Under the pieces are notes generated by a model. It was given only the letters and a program-made list of their open reading frames with translations, was not told the DNA's origin and made no database searches. Positions 1 to 9,912 of a DNA stretch of 47,386 nt are shown here, one piece after another; the first letter of the stretch is position 1; every line of letters begins with the position of its first letter. A program made the position numbers and the translations under genes. Location of the stretch: the NCBI GenBank assembly GCA_038045765.1, contig JBBSXN010000002.1:84450-131835 (forward strand). Direction: 5' to 3'. The DNA is from Nanobdellota archaeon (GTDB lineage: Archaea; Nanobdellota; Nanobdellia; Pacearchaeales; GW2011-AR1).

Positions 1-1116
1 AGAAAGGAGTTCATAGAGTATCTCATGGATAAAGGACTAAATATGAAAATATTCGGGGCTGGCTGGTCAGATTATCCTAAGTTTAATAAGATTTATGGAG
101 GTTTTCTTAATCCTGAAGAATATACTAAAGTTATAAATCAAAGCAAAATTAACTTAAATTTCACTAAGAATTATGCAGGGGTTACTCATGTTATACAAAG
201 ATTTTTTGAAATAAATGCTTGTAGAGCTTTCCAACTTACTGAATATTCAAAAAGATATACTGAATTATTTAAAGATAAAATGGAGTTGGCTATGTTTAAA
301 ACAAAAGAAGAGCTTCTCCAAAAAATAAAGTATTATCTTAAGAATGAAAAAGAAAGAGAGATTATCGCAGATAGAGCTTACAAAAGAGTTATGAAAGATT
401 TCTCAAAAGATTCTGAGTTCAAGAGGCTCTTTAAGATTATATTCAAGGAAGAAAATAAATCTCCTAAGAGCAATTTTCCAGAAATAAATAATAAAATAAT
501 TATACTATCTAAAAGAGATATATCTCTAAATGATGAAGCATTAAGAGATAAACTAAAATACGTAGATTATATTGGTTTCTCAACTGAAATGGGAAGACAT
601 TTACCGCATCATGATTACTTGCATTGCCTTTCCTTAGGTATGTATAAAAAAGATATAAGTTGTTCAGATTACTATATTAATTCAGATAGCTTGGGAGATT
701 ATCAGGCAATATACGTTCAATCTGCTTTTGAAGATTTGAAGGATAATGATTTCCAGAGGATTTTATTTTTAGATAATATTGTTGTGACTAAGAGCTATTT
801 CTTGAAGAACATTCAAAAATTCAAATCTTTCTTTTCTGGAGGCAAGATAGATATAATAAATAAGAAAAACACTTCATTCATAAGAATCCCTCTTTCTAGT
901 ATGAATGGAGGGATACGTATAGATTATGAGGTGAGAAAAAATATATCTCACCATATATTTGAAAATCAATTGAGAACTCTAGGCTATAAGCGAAGTATTT
1001 ATGTTATATATTACCTATGGATGATAGGTGTAGAATATCTTAAAGGTAATAAGTTTATGATGAATTATCTTATTGAGAAAGGTAGAAGCAAAGCTAAGAA
1101 GTTAATGAATTTTTGA
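1..1116 (+). CDS. Glycosyltransferase, GT-B CgeB/spore-maturation-like family (5'-truncated by window edge)
   Basis: Frame is open from base 1. IFGAGW...SKINLNF...RFFEINACRAFQLT...ELLQKIKYYLKNEKERE.IA matches the CgeB-type C-terminal GT domain. Confidence 0.75.
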   Translation, partial: RKEFIEYLMDKGLNMKIFGAGWSDYPKFNKIYGGFLNPEEYTKVINQSKINLNFTKNYAGVTHVIQRFFEINACRAFQLTEYSKRYTELFKDKMELAMFKTKEELLQKIKYYLKNEKEREIIADRAYKRVMKDFSKDSEFKRLFKIIFKEENKSPKSNFPEINNKIIILSKRDISLNDEALRDKLKYVDYIGFSTEMGRHLPHHDYLHCLSLGMYKKDISCSDYYINSDSLGDYQAIYVQSAFEDLKDNDFQRILFLDNIVVTKSYFLKNIQKFKSFFSGGKIDIINKKNTSFIRIPLSSMNGGIRIDYEVRKNISHHIFENQLRTLGYKRSIYVIYYLWMIGVEYLKGNKFMMNYLIEKGRSKAKKLMNF

Positions 1117-1929
1117 TCTATTTTTCTTCATTAAATCAGTTCTATCTTTGAAAAAACGCCTTACAAAATCTGTTTGATTTAGCTTCTTAAACTCTTTGAA
1201 GAAGTTCTGAAATATTATTACATAGCCTACTAGATTGGGATGTGCGATATCTTTTCTATAAACTTCTTCTCCGTAATTGGGGAATAAATTTTGATAAGAG
1301 TTTGGCTTTATTATATTAGGATTTACCATATCTAAAGAGCATTCTTTGTCTTTATATTTATCAAATGCAAATCTATCATCTCCTGGTACTTTGAAATCAT
1401 CTATGACTATGAACGCTGACTTTATCTTAGAAGAGATTATCTGCATTTCCTCTTCAAGAGGCCATTCATCTAACCAGTGTGCATCCAGATAGAATAGAAC
1501 TCTATCAGATATTATTCTATCTTTAATAAGTTGTGCTAAAAATTTTGGAGAAGTATTATGGTAAACGCTTACATTCTTAAAAACCTTCAAATTCTCCTTT
1601 GCCTTCTTAAAATTGTAATCATTTATCTCGCAGGTATGTATTGGAATATTTGGAAATTTTTTTGCAAGAAGAGAAGTTGTGTACCCTCTAAAAGTGCCAG
1701 TCTCTACTATTGCCTTTATCTTACCTTCTTTAACAAGCATTTCAAATAATCTTATAGCTATCGGATCTCCATGTAATGGGAAATTATAGGGCGCTGTTCG
1801 CCATATTAAAGTTCCTAACATCAATTTCATCCTCCTAAGTAAAGTTATTCTCTTCAAAGCATTGTAAGCCTGACTTTTGGAGAAACGGTTATATGCTGTT
1901 CTTCTAATGTTTTTTATTCTACCTATCAT
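1102..1929 (-). CDS. Class I SAM-dependent methyltransferase-like protein (probable glycan modification)
   Basis: IVETGTFRGYTT motif I, TCEIN, FYLDAHW and IVIDDF strands. Confidence 0.7.
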   Translation of the reverse strand: MIGRIKNIRRTAYNRFSKSQAYNALKRITLLRRMKLMLGTLIWRTAPYNFPLHGDPIAIRLFEMLVKEGKIKAIVETGTFRGYTTSLLAKKFPNIPIHTCEINDYNFKKAKENLKVFKNVSVYHNTSPKFLAQLIKDRIISDRVLFYLDAHWLDEWPLEEEMQIISSKIKSAFIVIDDFKVPGDDRFAFDKYKDKECSLDMVNPNIIKPNSYQNLFPNYGEEVYRKDIAHPNLVGYVIIFQNFFKEFKKLNQTDFVRRFFKDRTDLMKKNRSKIH

Positions 1930-2010
1930 TTTTTTTAATTAATTTCTTCATTTTTAACTATTGTGGTTGTTCAATTTTAACTAAAAGGTTTTTAAATATG
2001 GGCTTTTTAT

Positions 2011-2874
2011 ATGTTTATGGCTGTTGTGAAAGGTAGAGTTATGAAGAAAAATCCTATGGTGTCTGCAGTTATCGCTGCTTACAAAGAGGAGATTCATCTT
2101 GCAGGTTGTGTGGATTCTCTTTTAAATCAAAATTATGGGAATTTCGAGATTATTATTGTTGAGAATGGTGAATCAAATGATAAAACTTATCAAATTGCCT
2201 TAGATTATCAAAGAAGGTATCCTGAAAAAGTTAGAGCTTACAGTTTATCTGGAAAGCAAAAGGGTCCTGGAAATGCTTGGAATTTTGGAGCTAAAAAAGC
2301 CAAAGGAGAGATTGTTATGACTTGTGGTGCAGACTTAAGATATGGTAGAGATTATGTGAAAAAAGCCATAGTTCCAATTGTTAAAGGTGAAAGTATAGGA
2401 GTAGTACATAAAGAAGAAACTTGCAATAATATTAATAATTTGTGGGCTAGAGCTTTTTTTTATAAGAGACAAAGCATGCATAAAAATAGTTTAAGTAGAG
2501 TTTTCTCTCTTATAAGAAAAGATTATCTTTTGAAGATACCTTTTAATTCTGAATTAGGTTATGCTGATGACCAGACAATTTATAGGACTAACGGTGGTGA
2601 GTTTCCTTGTATTGATTTAGAAGTTTATCATACCAACCCTGCCTCTTTCAAAGATAATTGGGAGCATAGTGTGTGGGTTGGAAATTCAATCAGACCCTGG
2701 CCAATTGTTTTTATTCTACCTATCTTTCCATTATATTCTATATATAAAACTGTAAAACATTTAATGATTGATTTTTATGTGCCTTTTATTTTCTTTCTAC
2801 CTTTTTATTATTCTATAAGATATTTTGCTTATCTGACTTCTGCTTTTAGAAAAATCATTTCTGGAAAGACTTGA
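2011..2874 (+). CDS. Glycosyltransferase family 2 (true start may be 2017 or 2041)
   Basis: VSAVIAAYKEE, EIIIVENG, GPGNAWNFG, GADL (DxD-like). Confidence 0.85.
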   Translation: MFMAVVKGRVMKKNPMVSAVIAAYKEEIHLAGCVDSLLNQNYGNFEIIIVENGESNDKTYQIALDYQRRYPEKVRAYSLSGKQKGPGNAWNFGAKKAKGEIVMTCGADLRYGRDYVKKAIVPIVKGESIGVVHKEETCNNINNLWARAFFYKRQSMHKNSLSRVFSLIRKDYLLKIPFNSELGYADDQTIYRTNGGEFPCIDLEVYHTNPASFKDNWEHSVWVGNSIRPWPIVFILPIFPLYSIYKTVKHLMIDFYVPFIFFLPFYYSIRYFAYLTSAFRKIISGKT

Positions 2875-3967
2875 TTCTATCTGAAAGAAAAGCTAGTTCC
2901 TCTTCCCTCATTGATGGAAAAATAGGTAATGATAATATTCTTTTAGATAATCCTTCTGTTACTGGTAATTCTCCTTCTTTTAGTCTTAGATAGCTAAAAG
3001 CTGGTTGCATATGAATTGGAACTGGATAGTGTATTCCTGTGTCTATCCCATTAGATTTTAGATAATCTGCAAGTCTATCTCTATCTGGAACTTGAATTAC
3101 ATAAAGATGTTTTACATGAGTGTTCCCTTCAACTGTTTTAGGTAGAACTAAACCAGGAACTTCTTTAAGTCTTTCTGAGAGATAAAAAGCAGCCGTGGCT
3201 CTTGATTCGTTCCAATCTACTAAGTGGGGAAGCTTGACATTTAATACTGCTGCTTGTAAACCATCCATTCTTTTGTTAGATCCTAATACATCGTGATGAT
3301 ATTTTTCGGTTTGACCGTAATTTCTTAGACTTTTTATTCTTGCTATTAAAGATTCATCTTTAGAAAGAACTGCTCCTGCATCTCCGAAAGCTCCTAAATT
3401 CTTCCCTGGAAAAAAGCTGAAGGCTGCTGCATCTCCTAAATAACCAGGTAAACTTCCATTTTGTCTTGCTCCATGAGCTTGGCAAGCATCTTCAATTAAA
3501 ACTAATTTATATTCGTCTGCTATCTTTCTAAGTGCAGGCATATCTGCCTGCTGACCGTATAGATGAACTGGCATTATTGCTTTTGTTCTAGGAGTTATCT
3601 TTGCAGGAACTTGTTTTACATCCATGAGATCAGTTTCATGATCCACATCAACGAAAACTGGCTTAGCTCCGGCAGCGAAAATAGAAGATGCTGTTGCGAA
3701 AAAAGTATTTGAAACCGTTATGACTTCATCTCCTGCACCTATATCTTTTGCTCTTAAAATCAATTCTAATGCATCCGTACCAGAAGATAAGCCTGCGACA
3801 TTCTGTTTTCCAATTTGCCCATGATTCTGCGCAAAATTCTCTTCAAATTTTTCAACTTCAATTCCTAGAATATATGCATTTGCATCCACAATTCTTCTCC
3901 AGGCAGAATCTAATTCTGTTCTTATTGGATCATGAATTCTACTTAGATCATTAAAGGGTATTTTCAT
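2855..3967 (-). CDS. DegT/DnrJ/EryC1/StrS sugar aminotransferase (WbpE-like)
   Basis: SSGTDAL, PVHLYGQ, IEDACQAHG, FSFFPGKNLGAFGDAG (PLP lysine), IHYPVPIH. Start moved to MKIPF, which gives an ATGA overlap with the upstream gene. Confidence 0.93.
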   Translation of the reverse strand: MKIPFNDLSRIHDPIRTELDSAWRRIVDANAYILGIEVEKFEENFAQNHGQIGKQNVAGLSSGTDALELILRAKDIGAGDEVITVSNTFFATASSIFAAGAKPVFVDVDHETDLMDVKQVPAKITPRTKAIMPVHLYGQQADMPALRKIADEYKLVLIEDACQAHGARQNGSLPGYLGDAAAFSFFPGKNLGAFGDAGAVLSKDESLIARIKSLRNYGQTEKYHHDVLGSNKRMDGLQAAVLNVKLPHLVDWNESRATAAFYLSERLKEVPGLVLPKTVEGNTHVKHLYVIQVPDRDRLADYLKSNGIDTGIHYPVPIHMQPAFSYLRLKEGELPVTEGLSKRILSLPIFPSMREEELAFLSDRIKSFQK

Positions 3968-4602
3968 TTTACACCTCTCTTTTCCCAACGAACCCTCGTT
4001 CCTGGAAGATATTGCGTCGAAGTACTTGGATAGACTAAACCTTCAATTTTTCTTTTAAATTCTGCAGGATTACCATGCCAAACTTCTCCCGCAGGTACTG
4101 ATTTTGTTAAAACGCTGCCTGCACCAATAAGGACTGTATTTCCTATTTCTACTCCTGGAAGAATTGTACTTCCTCCTCCAATAGATACATCGTCACCAAC
4201 TATTGCTCCTTTGTAATGAGTAGGGTCTGGGTCTACTGGAAGAAAATCATCAAGAAATTTCACACCAGGTGCTACAAAAACATAATTTCCAAGTGTAGTT
4301 TTCTCTAAAAAGCAAAGACTGTGGATTCTTGTAAAATTGCCTATTCTATTTCCAGGTGCGATTTCAGTGTTAGAACCTATGACTACATATCGCCCTATTC
4401 TATTCCCTGGTCTGATTACTGTGTTGTGGTGAGTTTCAAAATTATCTCCTATTGTGTTTCCATAGTAAATTATAGTTCCGCTTCTTAATATGGAATTATC
4501 TCCTATAATTATATTTCCAGACTCTCTAGATCCTGCCCCTAATATTACTCCTTGTTCTCTCTTTACATTTTTACCTAAATACACTCCTTCTGGAAAATTC
4601 AT
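3964..4602 (-). CDS. Hexapeptide-repeat N-acetyltransferase (WbpD-like)
   Basis: Repeated IGxN hexapeptides; IGAGSVLTKSVPAGEVWHGNPA C-terminal signature. Confidence 0.9.
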   Translation of the reverse strand: MNFPEGVYLGKNVKREQGVILGAGSRESGNIIIGDNSILRSGTIIYYGNTIGDNFETHHNTVIRPGNRIGRYVVIGSNTEIAPGNRIGNFTRIHSLCFLEKTTLGNYVFVAPGVKFLDDFLPVDPDPTHYKGAIVGDDVSIGGGSTILPGVEIGNTVLIGAGSVLTKSVPAGEVWHGNPAEFKRKIEGLVYPSTSTQYLPGTRVRWEKRGVK

Positions 4603-5603
4603 TGTAATCTTACCTCCAAACCATTAGCCAATCTTGATCTATCTGCGGCTTCTAAAACCTTTAAAACATTTACTCCATCATTTCCATCAGATTTACAAGG
4701 TATTCCTTTTTCTATGCAATCTGCAAAATGTTGAAGTTCTTCTTGGAGTGGTTGTTTGAATGGAAGTTTTGGAATTACAATGTCTCCGCTAGTTATAGCT
4801 GAACTAAATGCTCCCATGCCTGCTTCATCGGGCTGAAAATTTACACCCACATTATAAATTCTTATTTTGTGCGCTGGCGCAGTGTCATCAAAGAAAATCA
4901 TCTTCTTTTCTCCACCGACTATAAATGTTCTATCTTTCAATGCATGTATCCAATTATTATGCACATTAGTTAATACTCCTCCAGGGAATTTCATTACGAG
5001 ATTCGAAATATCATCTACCTGGCCATTGAATGATGTACCTTGATAACTAACTGTTGAAGGTAAACTTCCTATTAAATGTAATGCTAAATAAATATCATGA
5101 GTCCCTAAGTCTTCTAAAGCATTTACATCGCTTCTTATCGGTCCAGGATTAATTCTTCTTGCATCTATATATCTAAGCGCTCCAATTTCTCCTCTATCTA
5201 TTAAATCTTTTGCAAATTTCACTGCAGGATTATACATAAAAGTATGCCCAACCATTAAGATATTACCTTTTATTTTTGATAAATCTAGAAGCTCTTTTGC
5301 CTCCGCAAGACTTTTAGTTAAAGGCTTCTCAACGAGAACATGTTTTCCTGCTTCTAGAGCTCTTCTTGCTAAATCATAATGAGTTGAAGTCGGTGTTGCT
5401 ATTATAACTGCCTGTGTGCTTTTGTCAGATAGAACTTCATTATAATCTTTTGTAAATCTTGTATTCTGAGGCAGAGATCTAGAAACTGGTTGATTATATG
5501 AATCACAAACCCAAATAGTCTCTAAGTCAGTCATGTCTCTTAGAGTTGCTAAATGATTTCTTCCCCAATAACCATATCCAATTAATCCTGCTCTTACAAC
5601 CAT
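4599..5603 (-). CDS. Gfo/Idh/MocA oxidoreductase (WbpB-like sugar 3-dehydrogenase)
   Basis: GLIGYGYWG Rossmann motif, IATPTSTH, GKHVLVEKP, DLGTHD. Confidence 0.92.
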   Translation of the reverse strand: MVVRAGLIGYGYWGRNHLATLRDMTDLETIWVCDSYNQPVSRSLPQNTRFTKDYNEVLSDKSTQAVIIATPTSTHYDLARRALEAGKHVLVEKPLTKSLAEAKELLDLSKIKGNILMVGHTFMYNPAVKFAKDLIDRGEIGALRYIDARRINPGPIRSDVNALEDLGTHDIYLALHLIGSLPSTVSYQGTSFNGQVDDISNLVMKFPGGVLTNVHNNWIHALKDRTFIVGGEKKMIFFDDTAPAHKIRIYNVGVNFQPDEAGMGAFSSAITSGDIVIPKLPFKQPLQEELQHFADCIEKGIPCKSDGNDGVNVLKVLEAADRSRLANGLEVRLQ

Positions 5604-5655
5604 TGTTTTCTTAAAAAGAAGGTGTTTTTAAGGTTTTGTCTACTGGCAGGATTTG

Positions 5656-6366
5656 CTATTTTAGAATATTTTTTGCTTTAATATAGCCTAGAGGTATTCC
5701 CACGTCGATAGGGTCCCCTTTTAGGAATACGCCATATAATCCTTCTTTTTTCATTAAGTATTCAAGAAGAGGGACTTCAGAATCTGTTTTGTTTAAAGAC
5801 TTGATTATCGAGATAGAGTTTCCTGGAAGAATATATCTTGGGAAGAACCTAAATCCTGAACTATTTTCTCTAACGATGCCGGTTACTTTAGCTAAATTAT
5901 CTGATATTTTCTCTCCTTCAAAATACCAGGTCTTTCCTAAATGATCTTCTGGTTTGATAAGTCCTATTAAGGGCTTATTTATTTCCTTAAAAGCAGATAT
6001 CAATTGAGACATTCCTGAATCTTTTCCTAAAATCAACATATCTGGGAATATCATTCCAAAATTCTCTCCAGATATAAAATCTTCTGCAAATTGAATGCTT
6101 GTAATAAGATTAACCTGCTTTTCTTCAATAATCAGAGTTATTGGTAGTCCTTTTCTCTTCTCTTCTAATAAAAAGTTATTCAAATCAGTTTTATCTTTAT
6201 TTGTTACTATTCCAATTTCTGAAAAACCTGCAGAAAGCGCTTCTTCTATAGCTAAAGAGATCATTGTCTTTCCATTAAAAATAAGCATCTCTTTAGAATT
6301 TCCATCAGTAATATTTTCCATCCTAGTTCCTTTTCCTGATGCAAGAATGATTATTTTTTTAACCAT
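5656..6366 (-). CDS. Sugar-phosphate nucleotidyltransferase (GalU/RmlA-like)
   Basis: IILASGKGTRM...SKEML N-terminal motif; DVGIPLGY near C-terminus. Confidence 0.8.
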   Translation of the reverse strand: MVKKIIILASGKGTRMENITDGNSKEMLIFNGKTMISLAIEEALSAGFSEIGIVTNKDKTDLNNFLLEEKRKGLPITLIIEEKQVNLITSIQFAEDFISGENFGMIFPDMLILGKDSGMSQLISAFKEINKPLIGLIKPEDHLGKTWYFEGEKISDNLAKVTGIVRENSSGFRFFPRYILPGNSISIIKSLNKTDSEVPLLEYLMKKEGLYGVFLKGDPIDVGIPLGYIKAKNILK

Positions 6367-7165
6367 GAATGTAAGATGCTAGCTCCATTTGTAAAGTATG
6401 TCTAGTTCTTAAAGTAAATCTATCTAAGTTCTCTTTCACAAATTTAGGAAGATCCTCTGAATTAATTAAATGTAATCTACTATGCTCTCTTTCTTTAAAT
6501 TTCTCCATAAAATATCTTTGAGTTTGTTCAGGAGTTATTCCATGAATATCTGCAGAAAATTCAATACATAAATCTTGATAATTTCTTCCTCCAGGTCTGG
6601 AGTCTGTTCTAAGCTGAGCAACATAAAGCGGCTTTAATTTTATTTCTTCTGAAAAAGGTATTCCCACTTCTTCTACCAATTCAGAAAGATATGTTGATTT
6701 GATAGGATCTGGATTAGTTAGATTATCAGGCTCCATGAAACCGCCAGGTACATTTTCCAATAAACCTCCAGTGTTTAAATTTTTTCCATTTCTCTCACCA
6801 AAAAGATAAAAAATTCCACTATCGCAGAGTAATCTAGTAAGTCCTGAAACTCCAACAGCCCATACTCTAGTATTATTATCATCTAGAGTTGCACGATAGT
6901 GCATAAAATCTGTTGAATAAACTGGTATATTTAATTTTCCTCCATTAAAAGTTATAGAATGTACATGTGCAGCAACTAAGGGAGTTGAATATCTCACTTT
7001 TCCTAGATTAATTAATTTAGCCCATTCTAAAGCAATTCTTGCTTCTTGTTCGGGTGAAAAGGAACAGCTTTCTTTAGATATTTTTATTTCACTTATGCCA
7101 GTCATTACATTAAAGAATTTGTGTGAAGCGGCTAAGTCTTGAATAATAGTTTCTATTTCTCCCAT
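6359..7165 (-). CDS. NUDIX-fold hydrolase, NUDT22-like architecture
   Basis: VGVSGL...LFGER...VPGGFMEP...ELVEEVGI degenerate Nudix box after an N-terminal extension. Confidence 0.6.
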   Translation of the reverse strand: MGEIETIIQDLAASHKFFNVMTGISEIKISKESCSFSPEQEARIALEWAKLINLGKVRYSTPLVAAHVHSITFNGGKLNIPVYSTDFMHYRATLDDNNTRVWAVGVSGLTRLLCDSGIFYLFGERNGKNLNTGGLLENVPGGFMEPDNLTNPDPIKSTYLSELVEEVGIPFSEEIKLKPLYVAQLRTDSRPGGRNYQDLCIEFSADIHGITPEQTQRYFMEKFKEREHSRLHLINSEDLPKFVKENLDRFTLRTRHTLQMELASYIHG

Positions 7166-7208
7166 AAAATCTCTGAATTTTTAACATATATAAAGATTAT
7201 GTCGGAGA

Positions 7209-7793
7209 TTAAATTCTTAATTGTCCTGATTCTATTCTGTCTGCTAAATCATCCAATGCAGCTAATCTATCTGTTGGGACCATTACGAGACTTTTTAGGA
7301 CTGTTGCTGGAATCCAAAGTTTTCTTGAACCTTCCTTTAACTCGCGTCCTTCTGAAGTAATATTTGCCGAATAGAAATTATCTTCTGTTGTCTGAGCTAT
7401 CCAATCTATATAGGTCATAGGTGAACCTGTTCTATCTCTATTTCCTAAGGCAGAAGAAGGGACTTTTGAATATAGGTCAAATCCTAAGAATGAGTGAACA
7501 TTTCCTCCAAGAACTTTATTTGCTCTAGCTATTACTTTCTCTGTGTCCTTGCTCCAGTTATAAACTCTGTGAGAAATTATTTCTAATCTTGTGTCTGGTA
7601 GTTCTTCTTTTAATTCTCTTTCAAAACCTTCTTTTGCACCTTCTCCATCATTTAATTCTCCTCCAAAAAATGAAAAAGCTCCTGGAAAGCTGAAAGAATA
7701 TCTTCCTGGCTTTTGACCGGTAACGACTGTTTCTCTGGCTTGTACTAAATAAGAATCATCTTTAAAAGCTATTAAACTTGCATTCTTGACCAT
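7209..7793 (-). CDS. NUDIX hydrolase
   Basis: FFGGELNDGEGAKEGFERELKEEL Nudix box. Confidence 0.75.
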   Translation of the reverse strand: MVKNASLIAFKDDSYLVQARETVVTGQKPGRYSFSFPGAFSFFGGELNDGEGAKEGFERELKEELPDTRLEIISHRVYNWSKDTEKVIARANKVLGGNVHSFLGFDLYSKVPSSALGNRDRTGSPMTYIDWIAQTTEDNFYSANITSEGRELKEGSRKLWIPATVLKSLVMVPTDRLAALDDLADRIESGQLRI

Positions 7794-7863
7794 TATTTTG
7801 AACCAAAAAAGGAGTATATAAACTTTACATAACTATTTTAAATGAGTTTATTTAATTATATTA

Positions 7864-8979
7864 ATGAAAATACTTGAATTGACTAATTATTCAGCTGGTG
7901 GATGTGGAGTATTTGCAAGAGTAAAACAGGAAGCACAGTTATTGGTTGAAAGAGGTCATGAAGTTATGATTATGAGTTCATACTTTGAAAAAGGCACCAA
8001 TAAAATTATGCCTTTAGAAGATAAACTAGGAAATATTAAGATAAGAAGATTTCCTGCTAGTAAGATTGGTGGTGAGAGCTTTATGAGCTGGCATTTTGAA
8101 AAAGAAGCCGAAGAATTTAGACCTGATGTTATAATTGCACACGGATATAGGCACCCCCATACAACAAGAGCATTATGTCTTAAGAAGAAAATTGACTGTA
8201 AAGTTTTTTTGGTTACACATGCTCCATTCGCAAGAGATAGAAGGAGTATATTTGGTAAAATAGCTGTTGGATTTTATGATTTTTATGTAGGAAAGAAAAC
8301 TATAAATAATTTTGACAAGATATTTGCTATAACTTACTGGGAATATTTGTATCTTAATAAGTTGAAAGTTAAAGAAGACAAAATAGAATATGTGCCTAAT
8401 GGAATAGCTAAAGAGTATTTCTCAAAAGTTAGTAAGAAAAGAGATAAAAGAATATTATATAGTGGTAGAATTGCTCCTATAAAAAATCTTGAAGTTGTTG
8501 TGAAATCACTAAAAAATGTTAAAGATAAGAAAATAAAATTCTATATTTTGGGACCTGCTGAAAAAGAATATCTTGAAAAATTGCAAAGAATTATAACTCA
8601 AAATAGGCTAAATGAAAGAATTAAGATTATCTCTGAGAAATATGATAGGCCTCAGCATATTAAAGAATTGGATAAATCTTCAATATTTATTCTACCTTCA
8701 TTTAGTGAAGGTATGTCTCAATCACTAATTGAAGCTATGGCTAGAGAGTGTATCGTGATTGGTAGCGATAATTTAGGTAATGCTGATTTGATTAAAGATG
8801 AAGATAATGGATTTCTCTTCAAAAATGATGATGAAAATGATTTGACTAAGGTTATTGATGAAATTCTTAATATGGATGATAAAGAGATATTAATAATTAG
8901 AAAAAATGCCAGAGAAAGCGTTGAAAAGTTCAGATGGAGTAACATAATTGATAAATTAGAGAGATTAATTAGAGTATAG
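7864..8979 (+). CDS. Glycosyltransferase family 4
   Basis: YVPNGI, YSGRIAPIKNL, FILPSFSEGMSQSLIEAMA (ExxxxxxxE). Confidence 0.92.
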   Translation: MKILELTNYSAGGCGVFARVKQEAQLLVERGHEVMIMSSYFEKGTNKIMPLEDKLGNIKIRRFPASKIGGESFMSWHFEKEAEEFRPDVIIAHGYRHPHTTRALCLKKKIDCKVFLVTHAPFARDRRSIFGKIAVGFYDFYVGKKTINNFDKIFAITYWEYLYLNKLKVKEDKIEYVPNGIAKEYFSKVSKKRDKRILYSGRIAPIKNLEVVVKSLKNVKDKKIKFYILGPAEKEYLEKLQRIITQNRLNERIKIISEKYDRPQHIKELDKSSIFILPSFSEGMSQSLIEAMARECIVIGSDNLGNADLIKDEDNGFLFKNDDENDLTKVIDEILNMDDKEILIIRKNARESVEKFRWSNIIDKLERLIRV

Positions 8980-9663
8980 AGTTTTGTCTTCTATATCTGC
9001 CCAGTAAAAAGCTTGTTTTCTTAGAGCACAAGCTAAACAGTCCATGCAATGTAGATTTTTCTTTGGAGAGTAACAGCTAAATGTACTAGCTAAATCTACT
9101 TTCATTTTATCCCCTAGAATGATAATATCTTCTTTGTCTTTATCTATTAAAGGAGCTTTTATTTCTATTTTAAAAGAGCAGGAGGTTGATAGAAGTGAAT
9201 TCAATTTTATCAAGAAATCTTTTGTTGTGTCTGGATAAGAATCTTTACCTTCACATTTGAAGCCAATAAAAATATCTGATTGGATATTTGTATTTATGAA
9301 TTCTGAATCGGCTAGAGCTGAAGCGTAGCTTAGAAAAACCAAATTTCTACAGGGCACGTACCATTTCTTTGATTCAATTTCTGTATCTTTTAGGTCTTCT
9401 TTATTTATTTTTTTAGTTTTACCGGAAATGTTTATCAGAGAAGTTGAGAGATTTGCTAATTCAGGTAGTGAAATTTCTATAAATCTTGCATTTATCTCTT
9501 TAGCACATAATTTTGATGCTTTTCTCTCTTCGTTTAATGCTTTTTGATGGTAGTTAAAAAATAGAATTGTTATTTTATCATATTTTAATTTATTTTTAAC
9601 ATAGTGGGAAGTTACAACACTATCTAGGCCACCCGAGCATAGGATAATCGCTTTTTTACTCAT
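8965..9663 (-). CDS. queC: 7-cyano-7-deazaguanine synthase QueC family protein
   Basis: SGGLDS PP-loop, FNYHQ, YVPCRN, YPDT, and the zinc site SCY...HCMDCLAC. Confidence 0.88.
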   Translation of the reverse strand: MSKKAIILCSGGLDSVVTSHYVKNKLKYDKITILFFNYHQKALNEERKASKLCAKEINARFIEISLPELANLSTSLINISGKTKKINKEDLKDTEIESKKWYVPCRNLVFLSYASALADSEFINTNIQSDIFIGFKCEGKDSYPDTTKDFLIKLNSLLSTSCSFKIEIKAPLIDKDKEDIIILGDKMKVDLASTFSCYSPKKNLHCMDCLACALRKQAFYWADIEDKTLYSN

Positions 9664-9713
9664 ATTTATCTGAATTTAATAAGGTTTATAAGTTTACACT
9701 CATAAATTTAGAT

Positions 9714-9911
9714 ATGAAGAAAAAAGCGATAGAAATTAAGAAAGGTGATTTAATATTAGTTGGAGGAGAAGAGTTGAAAGTTGAAGAAGTTGAAAGTTCT
9801 GATATAAGTAAACAGGGTTCTAAGAAGGTAAGGATGGTTGCTAAGAAGAAGGATGGTGAAAGTATAGTAATAATTAGGCCTGCCGATTATCCTGTTGAGT
9901 TAGGTAAATAA
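9714..9911 (+). CDS. aIF5A/EF-P N-terminal (SH3/KOW-like) domain-only protein
   Basis: Aligns by eye to the aIF5A N-domain: AIEIKKGDLILVGGEELKVEEVESSDISKQGSKKVRMVA versus typical V.SLK.G.YV.IDGEPC.I.....SKPGKHG.AKAR. No C-terminal OB domain. Confidence 0.7.
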   Translation: MKKKAIEIKKGDLILVGGEELKVEEVESSDISKQGSKKVRMVAKKKDGESIVIIRPADYPVELGK

Positions 9912-9912
9912 C

